A stretch of 64,000 nt of DNA from Octopus vulgaris (taxonomy: Eukaryota). Shown here one piece after another: positions 1 to 14,519 of the stretch. Below the pieces are notes generated by a model. It saw only the letters and a list, made by a program, of their open reading frames with translations. It did no database searches and was not told the origin of the DNA. How positions within the stretch are numbered: position 1 is the first letter of the stretch; every line of letters begins with the position of its first letter. The stretch is from positions 36,890,001-36,954,000 of the forward strand of contig OX597838.1 of NCBI GenBank assembly GCA_951406725.2. Reading direction: 5' to 3'. The translations under genes were made by a program, and so were the position numbers.

Positions 1-2433
<2,433 letters not shown>

Positions 2434-2628
2434 CATATGTATTTATAAATATATATATTTGTCTATACATAGGTGTTTCTAAACGCATATATATAGGTGT
2501 TGTGTATATACATGCATATATATGTGTGTGTGTGTGTGTTTATGTATATGTACATACATATATGCACACGTGTTTCAATACATACATACATACACACACA
2601 CATACATTATATATATATATATATATAT

Positions 2629-2721
2629 AAAAGTTAATCCAAACAAGAAAGCACAAAAAAAACAATGCGAGGACATGGAACAAATATAGTATTATTGGAC
2701 GCTCAGGAAAGAAGGAAAGAA

Positions 2722-2725
<4 letters not shown>
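2629..2725 (-). mobile_element. 3' tail fragment of hammerhead-bearing repeat family C
   Basis: Near-identical to 47915-48010 and a diverged reverse complement of 17800-17880; embedded in TA repeats. Confidence 0.7.
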
Positions 2726-2764
<39 letters not shown>

Positions 2765-2928
2765 TATATGTGTGTGTGAGAGCAAGCCTCGGTTAAAACA
2801 GCAATAAAAAATGTTATGGGCCTTTCATCTTAGTCACTCTAATACCCACTTTGACTTATAAAATCTTATTGAGGCCCTACTTCACATGCTGAGTTCCATT
2901 CTGTCCCTAGAACCAAACACAACACATG

Positions 2929-2959
<31 letters not shown>

Positions 2960-3730
2960 ATACCTACACATTCATATATATGTATAATAAAGACAATAAA
3001 ACAAATACAAGCCTTAAGAACATAGACCAACACCAGTCTCTTTGTGGTCTGTTTGATCATGTATGTATGTATATACATATATATATACACATATATATAT
3101 ATATATATATACATATATAAATATACACACACACATGCATGCATGCAAGCAAATATACCTATCAATAGACATGTATTTGTACCGTTAATGATATCTCTCT
3201 CCGTCTCTATATATATATATATATACATATATGTATGTATATGTAAATGTGCCTGTTTGTAATGTCCATGCTTAATGTCCGTTTGTTCCTTAATTTGCGA
3301 TCGTTTAGATGTATGGTTGCAGTTATTAGCTGCATCTGTTGCTCCAACATGTGTCGTAGTCTTGTTGTTGTTGTCGAGGATAATTGTGTTTATGACAAAC
3401 GTGTGTTTGTGTGTGTGTGTGCATGTGTGTGTGTGTGTAAGTCTTGGTATGCGTGTGCATGTGTGCATACTAGCATGCATATCGGTTACCTTTTTCTTTT
3501 ACCTTGAACATGTTTCCAACATTGGACTGTGGCCATGCTGGGGTACCACCTTGTAGGGTTTTGCTGAACAAATTACCTCCAGTACATATTTTGAAGTGTG
3601 GTACTTATTGTAATTCAGTCTTTTACTAAACTGCTAAGTTAATGTGATGTAAAGAAACCAGCAGTGGTTGTCAAGTGATGCTGGGAGACAAACACATACA
3701 TACATGTGTGTCTGTATATATATATATCTA

Positions 3731-3760
<30 letters not shown>

Positions 3761-3761
<1 letters not shown>

Positions 3762-4059
3762 CGGAGTAAACACATAAATGTGAAACAAGGTGGAAAAAAG
3801 AGTACTCAAATACCAGTGGTAGAGTAATATGCTTTATTTTAAGCAGCAGAAAATTCAACAAAATCTGTTACTCTGAGTTTCTCGTTGCCGTTCATCAGAC
3901 AGTTTTTTCTAGCAAAAACTGTCTGATGAACGGCAACGAGAAACTCAGAGTAACAGATTTTGTTGAATTTTCTGCTGCTTAAAATAAAGCATATTACTCT
4001 ACCACTGGTATTTGAGTACTCTTTTTCCACCTTGTTTCACATTTATGTGTTTACTCCGG
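3761..4059. mobile_element. Palindromic (fold-back) element, family A, about 145-bp arms, hammerhead motif in each arm
   Basis: Near-perfect inverted repeat centred on ttttttCTAGCaaaaa and flanked by TA repeats; related copies at 39426-39653 and 46741-46873. Confidence 0.9.
3915..3961 (+). ncRNA. Minimal type-I hammerhead ribozyme motif (mirror copy on minus strand at about 3860-3906)
   Basis: ctgt-CTGATGA-a-cg(gcaa)cg-a-GAAA-ctc(a)gag-TA-acag: stem I ctgt/acag, GNRA-capped stem II, near-palindromic stem III, GUA cleavage triplet. Confidence 0.75.
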
Positions 4060-4068
4060 TATATATAT

Positions 4069-4465
4069 GGAGTGGCTGTGTGGTAAGTAGCTTGCTAACC
4101 AACCACACGGTTCTGGGTTCAGCCCCACTGTGTGGCATCTTGGGTAAGTGTCTTCTGCTATAGCCCCGGGCCGACCAATGCCTTGTGAGTGGATTTGGTA
4201 GACAGAAACTGAAAGAAGCCTGTTGTATATATATATATCTATATATGTATGTGTGTTTGTGTGTCTGTGTTTGTCCCTCTAGCATTGCTTGACAACCGAT
4301 GCTGGTGTGGTTACGTCCCCGTCACTTAGCGGTTCGGCAAAAGAGACCAACAGAATAAGTACTGGGCTTACATAGAATACGTCCCAGGGTTGATTTACTT
4401 GACTAAAGGCGGTGCTCCAGCATGGCCACATTCAAATGACTGAAACAAGTAAAAGAGAGTAAGAG
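4069..4465 (+). mobile_element. tRNA-derived SINE, family 1
   Basis: A box TGGCTGTGTGG, B box GGTTCAGYCCC, CORE-like ttgggcaagtgtctt segment, internal TA/TG microsatellite, tail gtcaaatgactgaaacaagtaaaagag; more than 20 copies in the window. Confidence 0.9.
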
Positions 4466-4759
4466 TATATGTATGTATTTTATCTTTTATTTGTTTCAGT
4501 CATTGGAGTGTGGCCATGCTGGGGCAGTGCCGTGAGGAATTTTCACTCGAATGAATCAACCCCTGCACTTGTTTTTGTTTTAAAGCCTTGTACTTATTCT
4601 ACCAGTCTCTTTAGCTGAACCACTAAGTTATGGGGGACATAAACACACTAACCCCTGTTGCCAAGTGGTGGTGGGTCACAAACACAAACACATGCACACC
4701 TCTGCATGCACACACACACACACACACATGTATATATTTACATGCAGTTAAAAATATGT

Positions 4760-5395
4760 CCGGGCTATCTGGACTCCTGTCTTCGCTGTGAACAGGGATT
4801 AATCTTCTCTCTTCGCTTCTTTGCACCACATGGGCTCAACTCTCCTCCCCTCTTCATCTAATTCTCCTCCCCGCTTCATATAATCCTTCTCCCCTCTCCT
4901 CTCTTCCTCTCACTCCTTCTTCCTCCCACCCACCTCTCCTCTCTTGCTCTGACTCCTACATCTTCTCTTCACTCCTACCCTCCTCTTCACTCCTACCAAC
5001 CTTCTCCCTCTCCCTTCATCATCATCCCTACACAATCCAACCACACCTTTTCTATCCATCCCATCCCATCCCTTACGTCCACTCCCACATACCCCACCTC
5101 TACCCCCCTCACCCTAACCCACATCCCATCCTAGCTTTCCCCACTGTTGCCTCTCCACGTCCCAACACCACCACACCATACACCACATAACATTACATCA
5201 CATCACCATGCACATACTAGCACTGACCACTTCCCAGCCCCACACCATCATCCACATACCTACACATGCACACATCAAGGTCACCAGCCCTCTTCCACAT
5301 GCACGTGCATCTTCATTTTGGGATTACCGCTACTTTATTATCTCCCCTTCTTCCAAGCTCTCTTAACAAAATCATCTTCGCCTTACCTTTAACAC
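4760..5395 (+). mobile_element. Penelope-like element 3' fragment: GIY-YIG C-terminus plus pyrimidine-rich 3' UTR
   Basis: Translation RCEQGLIFSLRFFAPHGLN resembles the E..LIF.L.TL.P.GLN C-terminal motif of PLE endonucleases; followed by C/T-rich sequence. Confidence 0.5.
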
Positions 5396-5779
5396 TTAGA
5401 GTATCCCATCAAAGGTAATGTTTTTTGGCTTAATAATAGATTATCTCATGACTGAGATTTCAATGATAATGATTGTTCATTTTCAGAATGGAATCATATT
5501 TATGACTATAATTCAATGTGTCCATTGTTATTATCAGCTTTTAAGCCCTGGTTAGCAAGAACCAATAGAACTCTAATCAAAGACGTTCCAGAAGTGACAA
5601 ACCAGTCATATATTTAGTCACAGTACAGCTAGGACTTTAGTATCTAATCTACAGGGCAGACCATAAATTGGGTCCAAATGTAGTTAAAGGAGACCATATA
5701 AGATAGGATGAAAGATATATAGATATTTATATGCGTGTGTGTATGTGTGTATGTATATATATATATATATATATATATA

Positions 5780-5941
5780 GGTGCAGGAGTGGCTGTGTGG
5801 TAAGTAGCTTGCTAACCAGCCACATGGTTCCGGGTTCAGTCCCACTGTGTGGCATCTTGGGCAAGTGTCTTCTGCTATAGCCCCGGGCCGACCAATGCTT
5901 TGTGAGTGGATTTGGTAGACGGAAACTGAAAGAAGCCTGTC

Positions 5942-5986
<45 letters not shown>

Positions 5987-6200
5987 TGACTGTCTGTGTT
6001 TGTTTCCCTAGCATTGCTTGACAACCGATGTTGGTGTGTTTACGTCCCCGTCACTTAGCGGTTCGGCAAAAAGAGACCGATAGAATAAGTACTGGGCTTA
6101 CAAAAAGAATAAGTCCCGGGGTCGATTTGCTTGACTAAAGGTGGTGCTCCAGCATGGCCGCAGTCAAATGACTGAAACAAGTAAAAGAGTAAAAGAGAGT
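5780..6200 (+). mobile_element. SINE family 1
   Basis: Full-length copy, A/B boxes through tail. Confidence 0.9.
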
Positions 6201-7154
6201 ATATATATATATACACACACACATATATACATATATAATACAGGATTAATTCAAAACAATGTGAATAAATAAGCTTTTCATTTGACAAAGTAATCTGAAT
6301 AGTGAAGGGATAAACTTATGAAGGGTACATTACAGGTACCAGATCTGGCTGGATTGAACTTATAAAAGATAGAATATAGGTACCAAATATGGATAGCTTA
6401 AATGCTAAAGGATTAAAGCTGGTGAGGTGGTATTTAAAAGTAATTTTGCTGCTACATCCAAGAGAATTTTACCAACCGCCTGGCACCTTCCTCATTTATT
6501 CCCTTAGATATTTCATTCTTCATTCCATCAATCACACCCTTTTTATATTTTTCCTATCATTTCTACCCCGTCTTTTTTTTTACACTTCCCCCCACCCATG
6601 ATATATTTATTTATCTATTTATTTATTTTTATTTTTTTAATTATTTTGGTCATTTCCCCCCACCTCCATCCTGCCACCCACCACCCCCGGCCGGCATATA
6701 AACTCCCACATCCTTCCATTATACTTCCCGGCCCCCCTCCACTACTGCCCATTAAATAATGAATCGTCAAAAGAAACCATGAAGTCAACAGCGAAGGCTT
6801 TTAATCTGACAAGACTCATTCTCGATTACCGTTCAATTGGTTGGGTAAATACTTTCTAGGAAATGGAATATTCCCAAGAATATTGATTTTGTTTTTAGAA
6901 ATAATGTCCCCCAACACCACCACCACCACCTCTGAATGTCCCCCACTGCCGTCTCACTTTCTCTTGCTCCACTGTTTCCCCCCTCCCCCACAACAACCGG
7001 CCCAGTGCCTCACCGCCCCGCCCATTCTAACACTTAATCTTCTCGCTATACATATGATCCCACATCTCACCAGTGGAAACGGGGCTGGAATATTCCATAA
7101 GCCATACGAATTTCCAAACATCATTTATCTAATTAAAAAAAAAAAAATACTGCT

Positions 7155-7185
<31 letters not shown>

Positions 7186-7248
7186 CACATGTCTGTATGT
7201 ATACTTATATGTGTGCATGTATATTGTATGTGTATGCATATACATATC

Positions 7249-7279
<31 letters not shown>

Positions 7280-7401
7280 ATATACATAGAACTGTATATA
7301 TGTAAATATGTATATTCATATATAAATATATGTATGTATGTGTATATATATATATATATACATGTATGCAAGTATATATATATATAAATACATATATATA
7401 C

Positions 7402-7456
<55 letters not shown>

Positions 7457-7469
7457 TATATATACTTGC

Positions 7470-7500
<31 letters not shown>

Positions 7501-7570
7501 TGCATACATGTCAATATATGAATATATGTGTACACACATATTTATACATCTGTATATATGAAAATATATA

Positions 7571-7602
<32 letters not shown>

Positions 7603-7924
7603 ATATATATATATACATATATATATGCCTATATTGAAAGGATACATTCACATCTATATATAATCATATTTATACAGACCTGCACACATTTTTGGTCATT
7701 TGATGCTAAATCCTGCTCAATGCGGCACCGTTTCTGTGTTTACCCAAACATGTTCTTTCACACAACCTGTATTAAATGATAGAACGGGAGAAAATCCAAT
7801 CATTGTAATGAGTTCCCTCCCCCTTTTTATCTCCTCTTCTGTGTTTGTGGAATGATTTCCTCTCTACATTATTTGCATACACACAACACAGAAACATGGG
7901 GGCACACTGATATATATATATAAT

Positions 7925-7957
<33 letters not shown>

Positions 7958-8100
7958 CATATCCTGATATACATATGTATATACTATCTTCAATCTGGTT
8001 CTTTCTCTCTTCCAGGACATCATATCTGGGCTCACAACGTATGTAAAGTAATCATGCACACATATATACATATTTGTGTATATATATATATATATATATA

Positions 8101-8510
8101 GGCGCAGGAGTGGCTGTGTGGTAAGTAGCTTGTTTACCAGCCACATGGTTTCGGGTTCAGTCCCACTGCGTAGCACATTGGGCAAGTGTCTTCTACTATA
8201 GCCTCGGGCCAACCAAAGCCTTGTGAGTGAATTTGGTAGACGGAAACTGAAAGAAGCCTGTCGTATATATGTATATATATGTATACGTGTGTATATGTTT
8301 GTGCGTCTGTGTTTGTCCCCTTAGCATTTCTTGATAACCGATGTTGGTGTGTTTATGTCTCCGTTACTTAGCGGTTCGGCAAAAGAGACCGATAGAATAA
8401 GTACTGGGCTTACAAAAGAATAAGTTTCGGGGTCGAGTTGCTCGATTAAAGGCGGCACTCCAGCATGGCCACAGTCAAATGACTGAAACAAGTAAAAGAA
8501 TAAAAGAAAA
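8101..8510 (+). mobile_element. SINE family 1
   Basis: Full-length copy. Confidence 0.9.
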
Positions 8511-8524
8511 CATATATATATACA

Positions 8525-8755
8525 CTTTTACTTGTTTCAGTCATATCACTGTGGCCATGCTGGAGCACCGCCTTTAGTCGAGCAAATCGAACCCAGGACT
8601 TATTATTTGTAAGCCTAGTACTTATTCTTTCGGTCGCTTTTGCCGAACAAAGAGAATTTTACCAACTGCCTGGCAGCTTTCTCATTTATTCGCTTAGATA
8701 AGTTACGTGGATGTAAACACACCAGCATCTGTTGTCAAGCGATGTTGGGGGGACA

Positions 8756-8804
<49 letters not shown>

Positions 8805-8982
8805 GTATACATATACATATATACGACAGGCTTCTTTCAGTTTCCGTCTGCCAAATCCACTCACAAGGCTTTGGTCGGCTCGAGCTATAGTAGAAGACAC
8901 TTGCCCAAAATGCCACACAGTGGGACTGAACCCGGAACCATGTGGTTGGTAAGAAAACTACTTACCATACAGCCACTCCTGT
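8525..8982 (-). mobile_element. SINE family 1, tail-to-tail with the previous copy
   Basis: Reverse-complement copy with a short internal insertion at about 8650-8698. Confidence 0.88.
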
Positions 8983-9267
8983 ATGTATGTACGTATATCT
9001 GCATTTCAATGCTAACTTTCTATACTTGCATGAATATACACCCGGTACAGATGCTCCCATACTTACTCACGTATGGACATGTGTACATGCACACACACAA
9101 ACACACACACACACACACACAAACACACATGCATACACATATTCATTTAAAGGTACATACATGCACACTTATGTATTTTTGTGTGTGCTTATATAAGTAT
9201 ATATACACACACATACTACCCATATATGTACATGCATACACACACACACTCATATATATATATATAT

Positions 9268-9487
9268 ACTCTTTACTTTTTTACTTGTTTCAGTCATTTG
9301 ACTGTAGCCATGCTGGAGCACCGCCTTTAATCAAGCAACTCGACTCCGGGACTTATTCTTTTGTAAGCCCAGTACTTATTCTATTGGTCTGTTTTGCCGA
9401 ACCACTAAGTAACGGGGAGCATAAACACACCAGCATCGGTTGTCAAGCAATGCTTGGGGGACAAACACAGACACACAAGCACACACA

Positions 9488-9519
<32 letters not shown>

Positions 9520-9800
9520 CTTATATACGACGGGCTTCTTTCAGTTTCCGTCTACCAAATTCACTCACAAGTCTTTGGTCGGCCCGAGGCTATATTAGAA
9601 GACGTTACGGTATACATTTTTACAAACCAAGGACGTTATATAGACCTCCTTGACTCAAGTTAGAGAAAGGGTGCGTATTATACACAAGGTTTAGATTTTT
9701 CAGAGGTACAACCCCCTAAAAATCCCCTGCGTAGTGGGACTGAACCCGGAACCATGTGGTTGGTAAACAAGCTACTTTACCACACAGCTACTCCCGCGCC
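9268..9800 (-). mobile_element. SINE family 1 interrupted by a 130-bp fragment of the pogo-like MITE
   Basis: SINE homology at 9268-9603 and 9732-9800; insert 9604-9731 matches 29345-29478. Confidence 0.85.
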
Positions 9801-10237
9801 TATATATATATATATACACACACATACGTACATGCTTAGCTGTCTGAAACTTTGAAGTCACTGTCGGCAATATTCCTGTGTAAGAATGATAAATTTGTAC
9901 TCTACAAAAGTATAGCATAACCAATCAAATTAATGTAAAATTGTTTTTATTATAACTAAACATAAAAACAAACATCAGTACACACACACACATACACACG
10001 CACACACATACACACACACACACACACACACAGAGTTTGCTTAGAGATATGTTAGCCTCATAAAGGGATGTTTACATCCAAGGGTATACTGGTTCAATAC
10101 CTGATATTTTGCAGAAATGAAATTTCCTTAAATTAATAGGTATATATTAAGCATATAATTCATGTTCAGTTAATTAAAAGAAAGGAAATGCAGAGTCGAA
10201 CGATAATTATTTATTATCAAAAAATTGGTAATCTCCA

Positions 10238-10335
10238 CTTCTTACAGCTGTTTCCATTAGTGTCAAATGGTAATTTAGACATTTAGGCTTTATATTTGTA
10301 TTTATATGTTATGAGCCTAAATTCATCAGAGAAAA
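10238..10335 (-). ncRNA. Hammerhead ribozyme motif with enlarged stem II region
   Basis: Minus strand: ttct-CTGATGA-[68 nt including tttaggct/agcctaaa hairpin]-GAAA-cagctg-TA-agaa. Confidence 0.6.
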
Positions 10336-10724
10336 AGACATACATTAAGATGTTTGCATGCTGACCCATCAGGTCATACCAACAGACTAAGTATGTGGAT
10401 GTATTATTTTTATTATTGTCCATATTGATTTTAGTATAACTCCTAATTTGTTCACAATTATATCATCCATTAACGACAGAAAATTAAATAAATTCTACAC
10501 TAATAGAAATATCTAAGACAATAATTCTTCTCAGCTAAAACCTAATCTCCCAAACTTAGACAACAATAATAATAGCAGCCATAAATTCCCTAATGATGGA
10601 AGGAAAATAACCCATACTTCACTCTTAATTGTAACTCTTCTAAGAAATATACACATTAAAATGTAAATGGATGCTGTGACTGCAAAGTTAAAACTAATTA
10701 TAAATTTTAAAATTCATGTAAGAA

Positions 10725-11135
10725 AGATAACGTAGTCTACCAATGTACAATAGAATGTACAGTAGAATTTTTAGTCTACCAATGTACAGTAGAATCTCAG
10801 GAAAAGAATACTAATATATAGGCTCTACCAAAAATAGGAATAAAATCAGAGTCGTTATTCACCTACAAAGTTTTTAAAAGAAACAAAAAAATCAACTCCA
10901 CTGGGTTAAGTAAGTTCATATGGGAATTAAAGGATAATAACATTGAACTTAAACTTAGATGGGACATTATTAGTTCTGCAATGTCTTATAGAGTCTCCCC
11001 AACAGGTGATGTAGCTTGTGTACCAAAGTGTCTTTTAGAAACCTTACATCTAAAAAAATTTTACTTAACTTATGAAATGAAAGCAACTATTTCTTGCATT
11101 CATCAAGCAAAATAGGTATTCTCTAAGTTTAATTA
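10725..11135 (+). pseudogene. PLE GIY-YIG endonuclease remnant
   Basis: Motifs VVYQC (10732), YIGST (10815), STGLSKFIWELKDNN..W.II (10897-10975), with frameshifts and stops. Confidence 0.8.
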
Positions 11136-11475
11136 ATGAATATATAATTTTGACCTTCAAATTTTGGGAAAAAATGCAGATTATACACGAGGTTTTTAGG
11201 TATATGCAAAATATATGTACTTATGTGAAAGTATGCATATCTGTGCACAATTATGTATGTGCATGTGTGTGTATGTGTATATGTAGATAGGTATATTTAT
11301 GTCTATATGTATATATATATATATGTGTGTATGTATATATTTATATATATACACAAAGTATGGGGGTTTATTTCACAGGTGATCTAGGTAAGTGCTGTAA
11401 TGGATTACTAGGGCTCCAAGGTTATAGTTGAGATGGTAGTTATGGAGCCATTGTAGATTTCCAAAGTAGCGAATA

Positions 11476-11621
11476 TGTAATTGTTAAAGAGGACAACAAA
11501 CATTAAAGCAAGGCAAACACCTCAAGTTGTATATACGATATTATCATTCCAATAAAAATATCGTATATGACTTGAGATGTTTGTCTTGCCTTAATGTTTG
11601 TTGTCCTCTTTAACAATTACA
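11476..11621. repeat. Inverted repeat with about 68-bp arms
   Basis: tgtaattgttaaagaggacaacaaacattaa... versus ...ttaatgtttgttgtcctctttaacaattaca. Confidence 0.85.
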
Positions 11622-11887
11622 CACACACACACATGTATATATATAAAATTATAACAGTCATCTGGCTGCTATTTCTAATACTTTCGGTATGTGGTCTAGC
11701 AACCTGTTGCAAAGACCCTCATTGTTATAATTATATATAATTTTACCGAATATGGTCCTTTTCCATACCGAAAAACTACTTGGTGAAATTTGTTGATTTT
11801 ATTAAATTAATTATATTTCACCCTTTATCTGTATGTATGTATATATATATATATGCATGCTTGTATGTGTATGGGTGTGTATATATA

Positions 11888-11942
<55 letters not shown>

Positions 11943-12084
11943 ATGTATGAGTGTGAGTGTAGCTATATATGAATGTATGTATAAACATGCTATTATTAAT
12001 GCTAGTCCTATGACCACATAATTCCAAACTCTTCCATATTTTGAACAACCATTAGGACCAGATACATTTCTCTCTAGAGATGCT

Positions 12085-12728
12085 AGGAGTGGCTGTGTGG
12101 TAAGTAGCTTGCTTACCAACCACATGGTTCTGGATTCATTCTCACTGCGTGGCACCTTTGGCAAGTGTCGTCTACTATAGCCTTGGGCGGATAAAAGCCT
12201 TATGAGTGGATGTGGTAGACGGAAACTGAAAGAAGCCCGTCGTATATATGTATATATAAAGATTTTCTAAACGATGAACTTTTATTTTACATTATATATT
12301 ATATATTATTTATATGCTTCCTATATATATATATATATTTTTATATATTTTTATATACCTATATATTTATATATTACTTTATACTATATTTTACGTATTT
12401 ATTTTCTAGGTGTTGTAATGTTTTTTAAAAAATATATTTTTCTTAATCGCTAAAGTATTAACTTTTAACCGTGATGAACTGTATTCACACATTTTTTCTC
12501 GCACTTTCTTATATGCTTGTACAGATGAGTTATGTTTCATCTTCCGTGATGTTATAAATGTATATTCTATGATTAAATGTTCAAAATATGAAATGTTATG
12601 TGGATGACCTTGCATTTGTTTGTTCTGTAACCTTGGTTTAATATATTTGTCTCATTCTATTGAGCACTTCTATAGCAGTCCTATTAAACATTTTGTTCCT
12701 GATAAGAAACAATCACTGTATTATTGTG

Positions 12729-12759
<31 letters not shown>

Positions 12760-12912
12760 ATATGTTTGTGTCTGTGTTTGTCCCCCCCCCCCAACATCTC
12801 TTGATAGAATAAGTACTAGGCTTACATAGGATAAGTCCTGGGGACGATTTGCTTGACTAAAGGCAGTGCTCCTGCATGGTCACAGTCAAATGACTGAAAC
12901 AAGTAAACGAGT
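12085..12912 (+). mobile_element. SINE family 1 split by an AT-rich insertion
   Basis: 5' half at 12085-12250, 3' part at about 12760-12912. Confidence 0.75.
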
Positions 12913-13309
12913 ATTGCATATATTACCCTAGTTTAAAATTTCCTCAACCAATGGGCACTGATTGATTAATATTAGCTCTATTTTAATTTTATATGTTTGT
13001 AAATGGGTGTATATATATAAGTATTTGCATTTTTGTAAATATCTTATAAATGGACATCTTTGTTCTTTTTTATTTTTTCTTCTTTTATCTTATTTATTCA
13101 AAATTTTCTTCATTTATTAAATTTCCATTTTTTCTTTATTTACTTTTCTATTCTGAAATATTCTATCCTTTACTTTACTTTATTCCTCATTATAATCTAA
13201 TTAATCTGTTAACCCTTCACCCACACACAATAATAAAAATGATACTTTTTCATTTTTAGTCTGCTGGTATGAGCTGATAGTTTGGCATTTAACATCTTAA
13301 GGTTTATCT

Positions 13310-13408
13310 TTTTCTCTGATGAAATTATGCTCATAACATATAAATGCAAATTTAAAGCTTAAATTTGTGATTTACTTATTGGGCACTAATGGAAACGGGT
13401 GTAAGAAA
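13310..13408 (+). ncRNA. Hammerhead motif with enlarged stem II; diverged partner of 10238-10335
   Basis: tttct-CTGATGA-...-GAAA-cgggtg-TA-agaaa; stem III partly decayed. Confidence 0.5.
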
Positions 13409-13496
13409 TAACGATTACCAATTTTTTAATAATAAATAATTATTAACCTTCAGCTCTCCATTTCCTTTCCTTCAATTAACTGAACATACATGTATA

Positions 13497-13894
13497 TCTA
13501 TATATATAAAAGTAAGGTTGTGTGTCTGTCTCCTACGATTTAGATTCCTAACTACACCCACATTTTGCGGTGCAGTTTAACCAAAAGCGGGTATCTTATA
13601 GTCGTGATTCATATCGAGCCCTTCTGGTTATTAGCGCATGTCTACGATGAGTCTACGATTTAAAAAAAATTTACCATCATTTTTTTCCCATTTATAATGC
13701 ATTTATTTTTGCTATTATATAAGGGAAGTAACTCTCTAAAAATTTATTATTAAATCTCAGAACGTAAAAAACTACAGTAACACCCCCCCTTTGTGGTTAG
13801 CCATATTGAGATGGCTATTATACGTTACATCTCTAAAAAGGCTTATATAGTTATTTCCCTTACAAACCCAAGCAACGCCGGGCGATACTGCTAG
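13497..13894 (+). mobile_element. Non-autonomous Helitron
   Basis: 5' TC(TATATATATAAAA), subterminal hairpin ccc-a-agcaacgcc-ggg, 3' CTAG, inserted between A and T; second copy at 43189-43580. Confidence 0.8.
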
Positions 13895-13904
13895 TATATA
13901 TATA

Positions 13905-14178
13905 AAAGAATTTTTTGCACAATAAGATAAAAAAACCAAGGCTGTGTAGATATTAGAACATTTATAGATAGAAGGTCTTACAGCTGTTTCTAGGATATTT
14001 ATTAATAATATCCTTTCATCTAAACTAACTATGACTTAACTATCCTCTCACACCATCTCCGATGAAAGGATATTATTAATAAATATCCTAGAAACAGCTG
14101 TAAGACCTTCTATCTATAAATGCTCTAATATCTACACAGCCTTGGTTTTTTTATCTTATTACGCAAAAATTCTTATAT
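13905..14178. mobile_element. Fold-back element, family B (arms about 13905-14020 and 14061-14178), with hammerhead motif
   Basis: About 115-bp inverted arms with a 40-nt spacer; longer one-armed copy at 46943-47245 on the minus strand. Confidence 0.88.
14056..14105 (+). ncRNA. Hammerhead ribozyme motif, CCGAUGA core
   Basis: tct-CCGATGA-a-aggatatt(attaata)aatatcct-a-GAAA-cagctg-TA-aga; 8-bp stem II, loop-less palindromic stem III. Confidence 0.7.
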
Positions 14179-14184
14179 ACACAT

Positions 14185-14519
14185 GCTGACGTAGAACCAA
14201 CGTTGAACCCTTTATTCACAATATTACCGAATCTGGAACTTAACTATGGTCTGTCTATAGCGCATATTCAGCATTACCTGACACCTTTGGGTCTCAATGA
14301 CACCATTATCTCTTATATATATAATGTTTATAATGGACGCAGTTTGTGTGTCAAATAGCTAGCTTAAGGCGATGGCCTCATGGAGCTAATCAGCGACAGC
14401 TTTAGTCTTATACTTATAAGACTGCCATATTAGTATGGCGATAACTATTAATTTCCAGTAATGCTGTCGTAATCTCCTTTAGAGAGACTTAGTAATTTTA
14501 ATATTTCTATTATTCACAC
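14185..14519 (-). mobile_element. Possible solo LTR
   Basis: On the minus strand starts TGTGAATAATAG, has AATAAA about 30 nt from the end, and ends ...ACGTCAGCA (TG...CA); no clear target-site duplication. Confidence 0.3.

Larger units (their letters stand above)
10161..13487 (+). mobile_element. Degenerate Penelope-like element: inverted hammerhead-containing terminal repeats flanking a GIY-YIG endonuclease remnant
   Basis: 10161-10390 is a diverged reverse complement of 13256-13487. Between them the + strand reads VVYQCT...YIGST...NSTGLSKFIWELKDNNIELKLRWDIISSAMSY...SCIHQAK. Interrupted by younger repeats. Confidence 0.75.

Noticed and set aside
4043-4285. Recurring peptides such as RQASFSFRLPNPLTRHWSARGYSRRHLPKMP
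   Set aside because: Antisense read-through of SINE family 1, not a gene family.
6160-6190. SINE tail agtc(aaat)gact-GAAA-caag-TA looks like half a hammerhead
   Set aside because: No CUGANGA-like core upstream, no stem I, and stem III is not palindromic; more likely a LINE-derived 3' stem-loop.
11738-11790. CCGAATA...GAAA hammerhead-like string
   Set aside because: G8 is missing and stem III does not pair.
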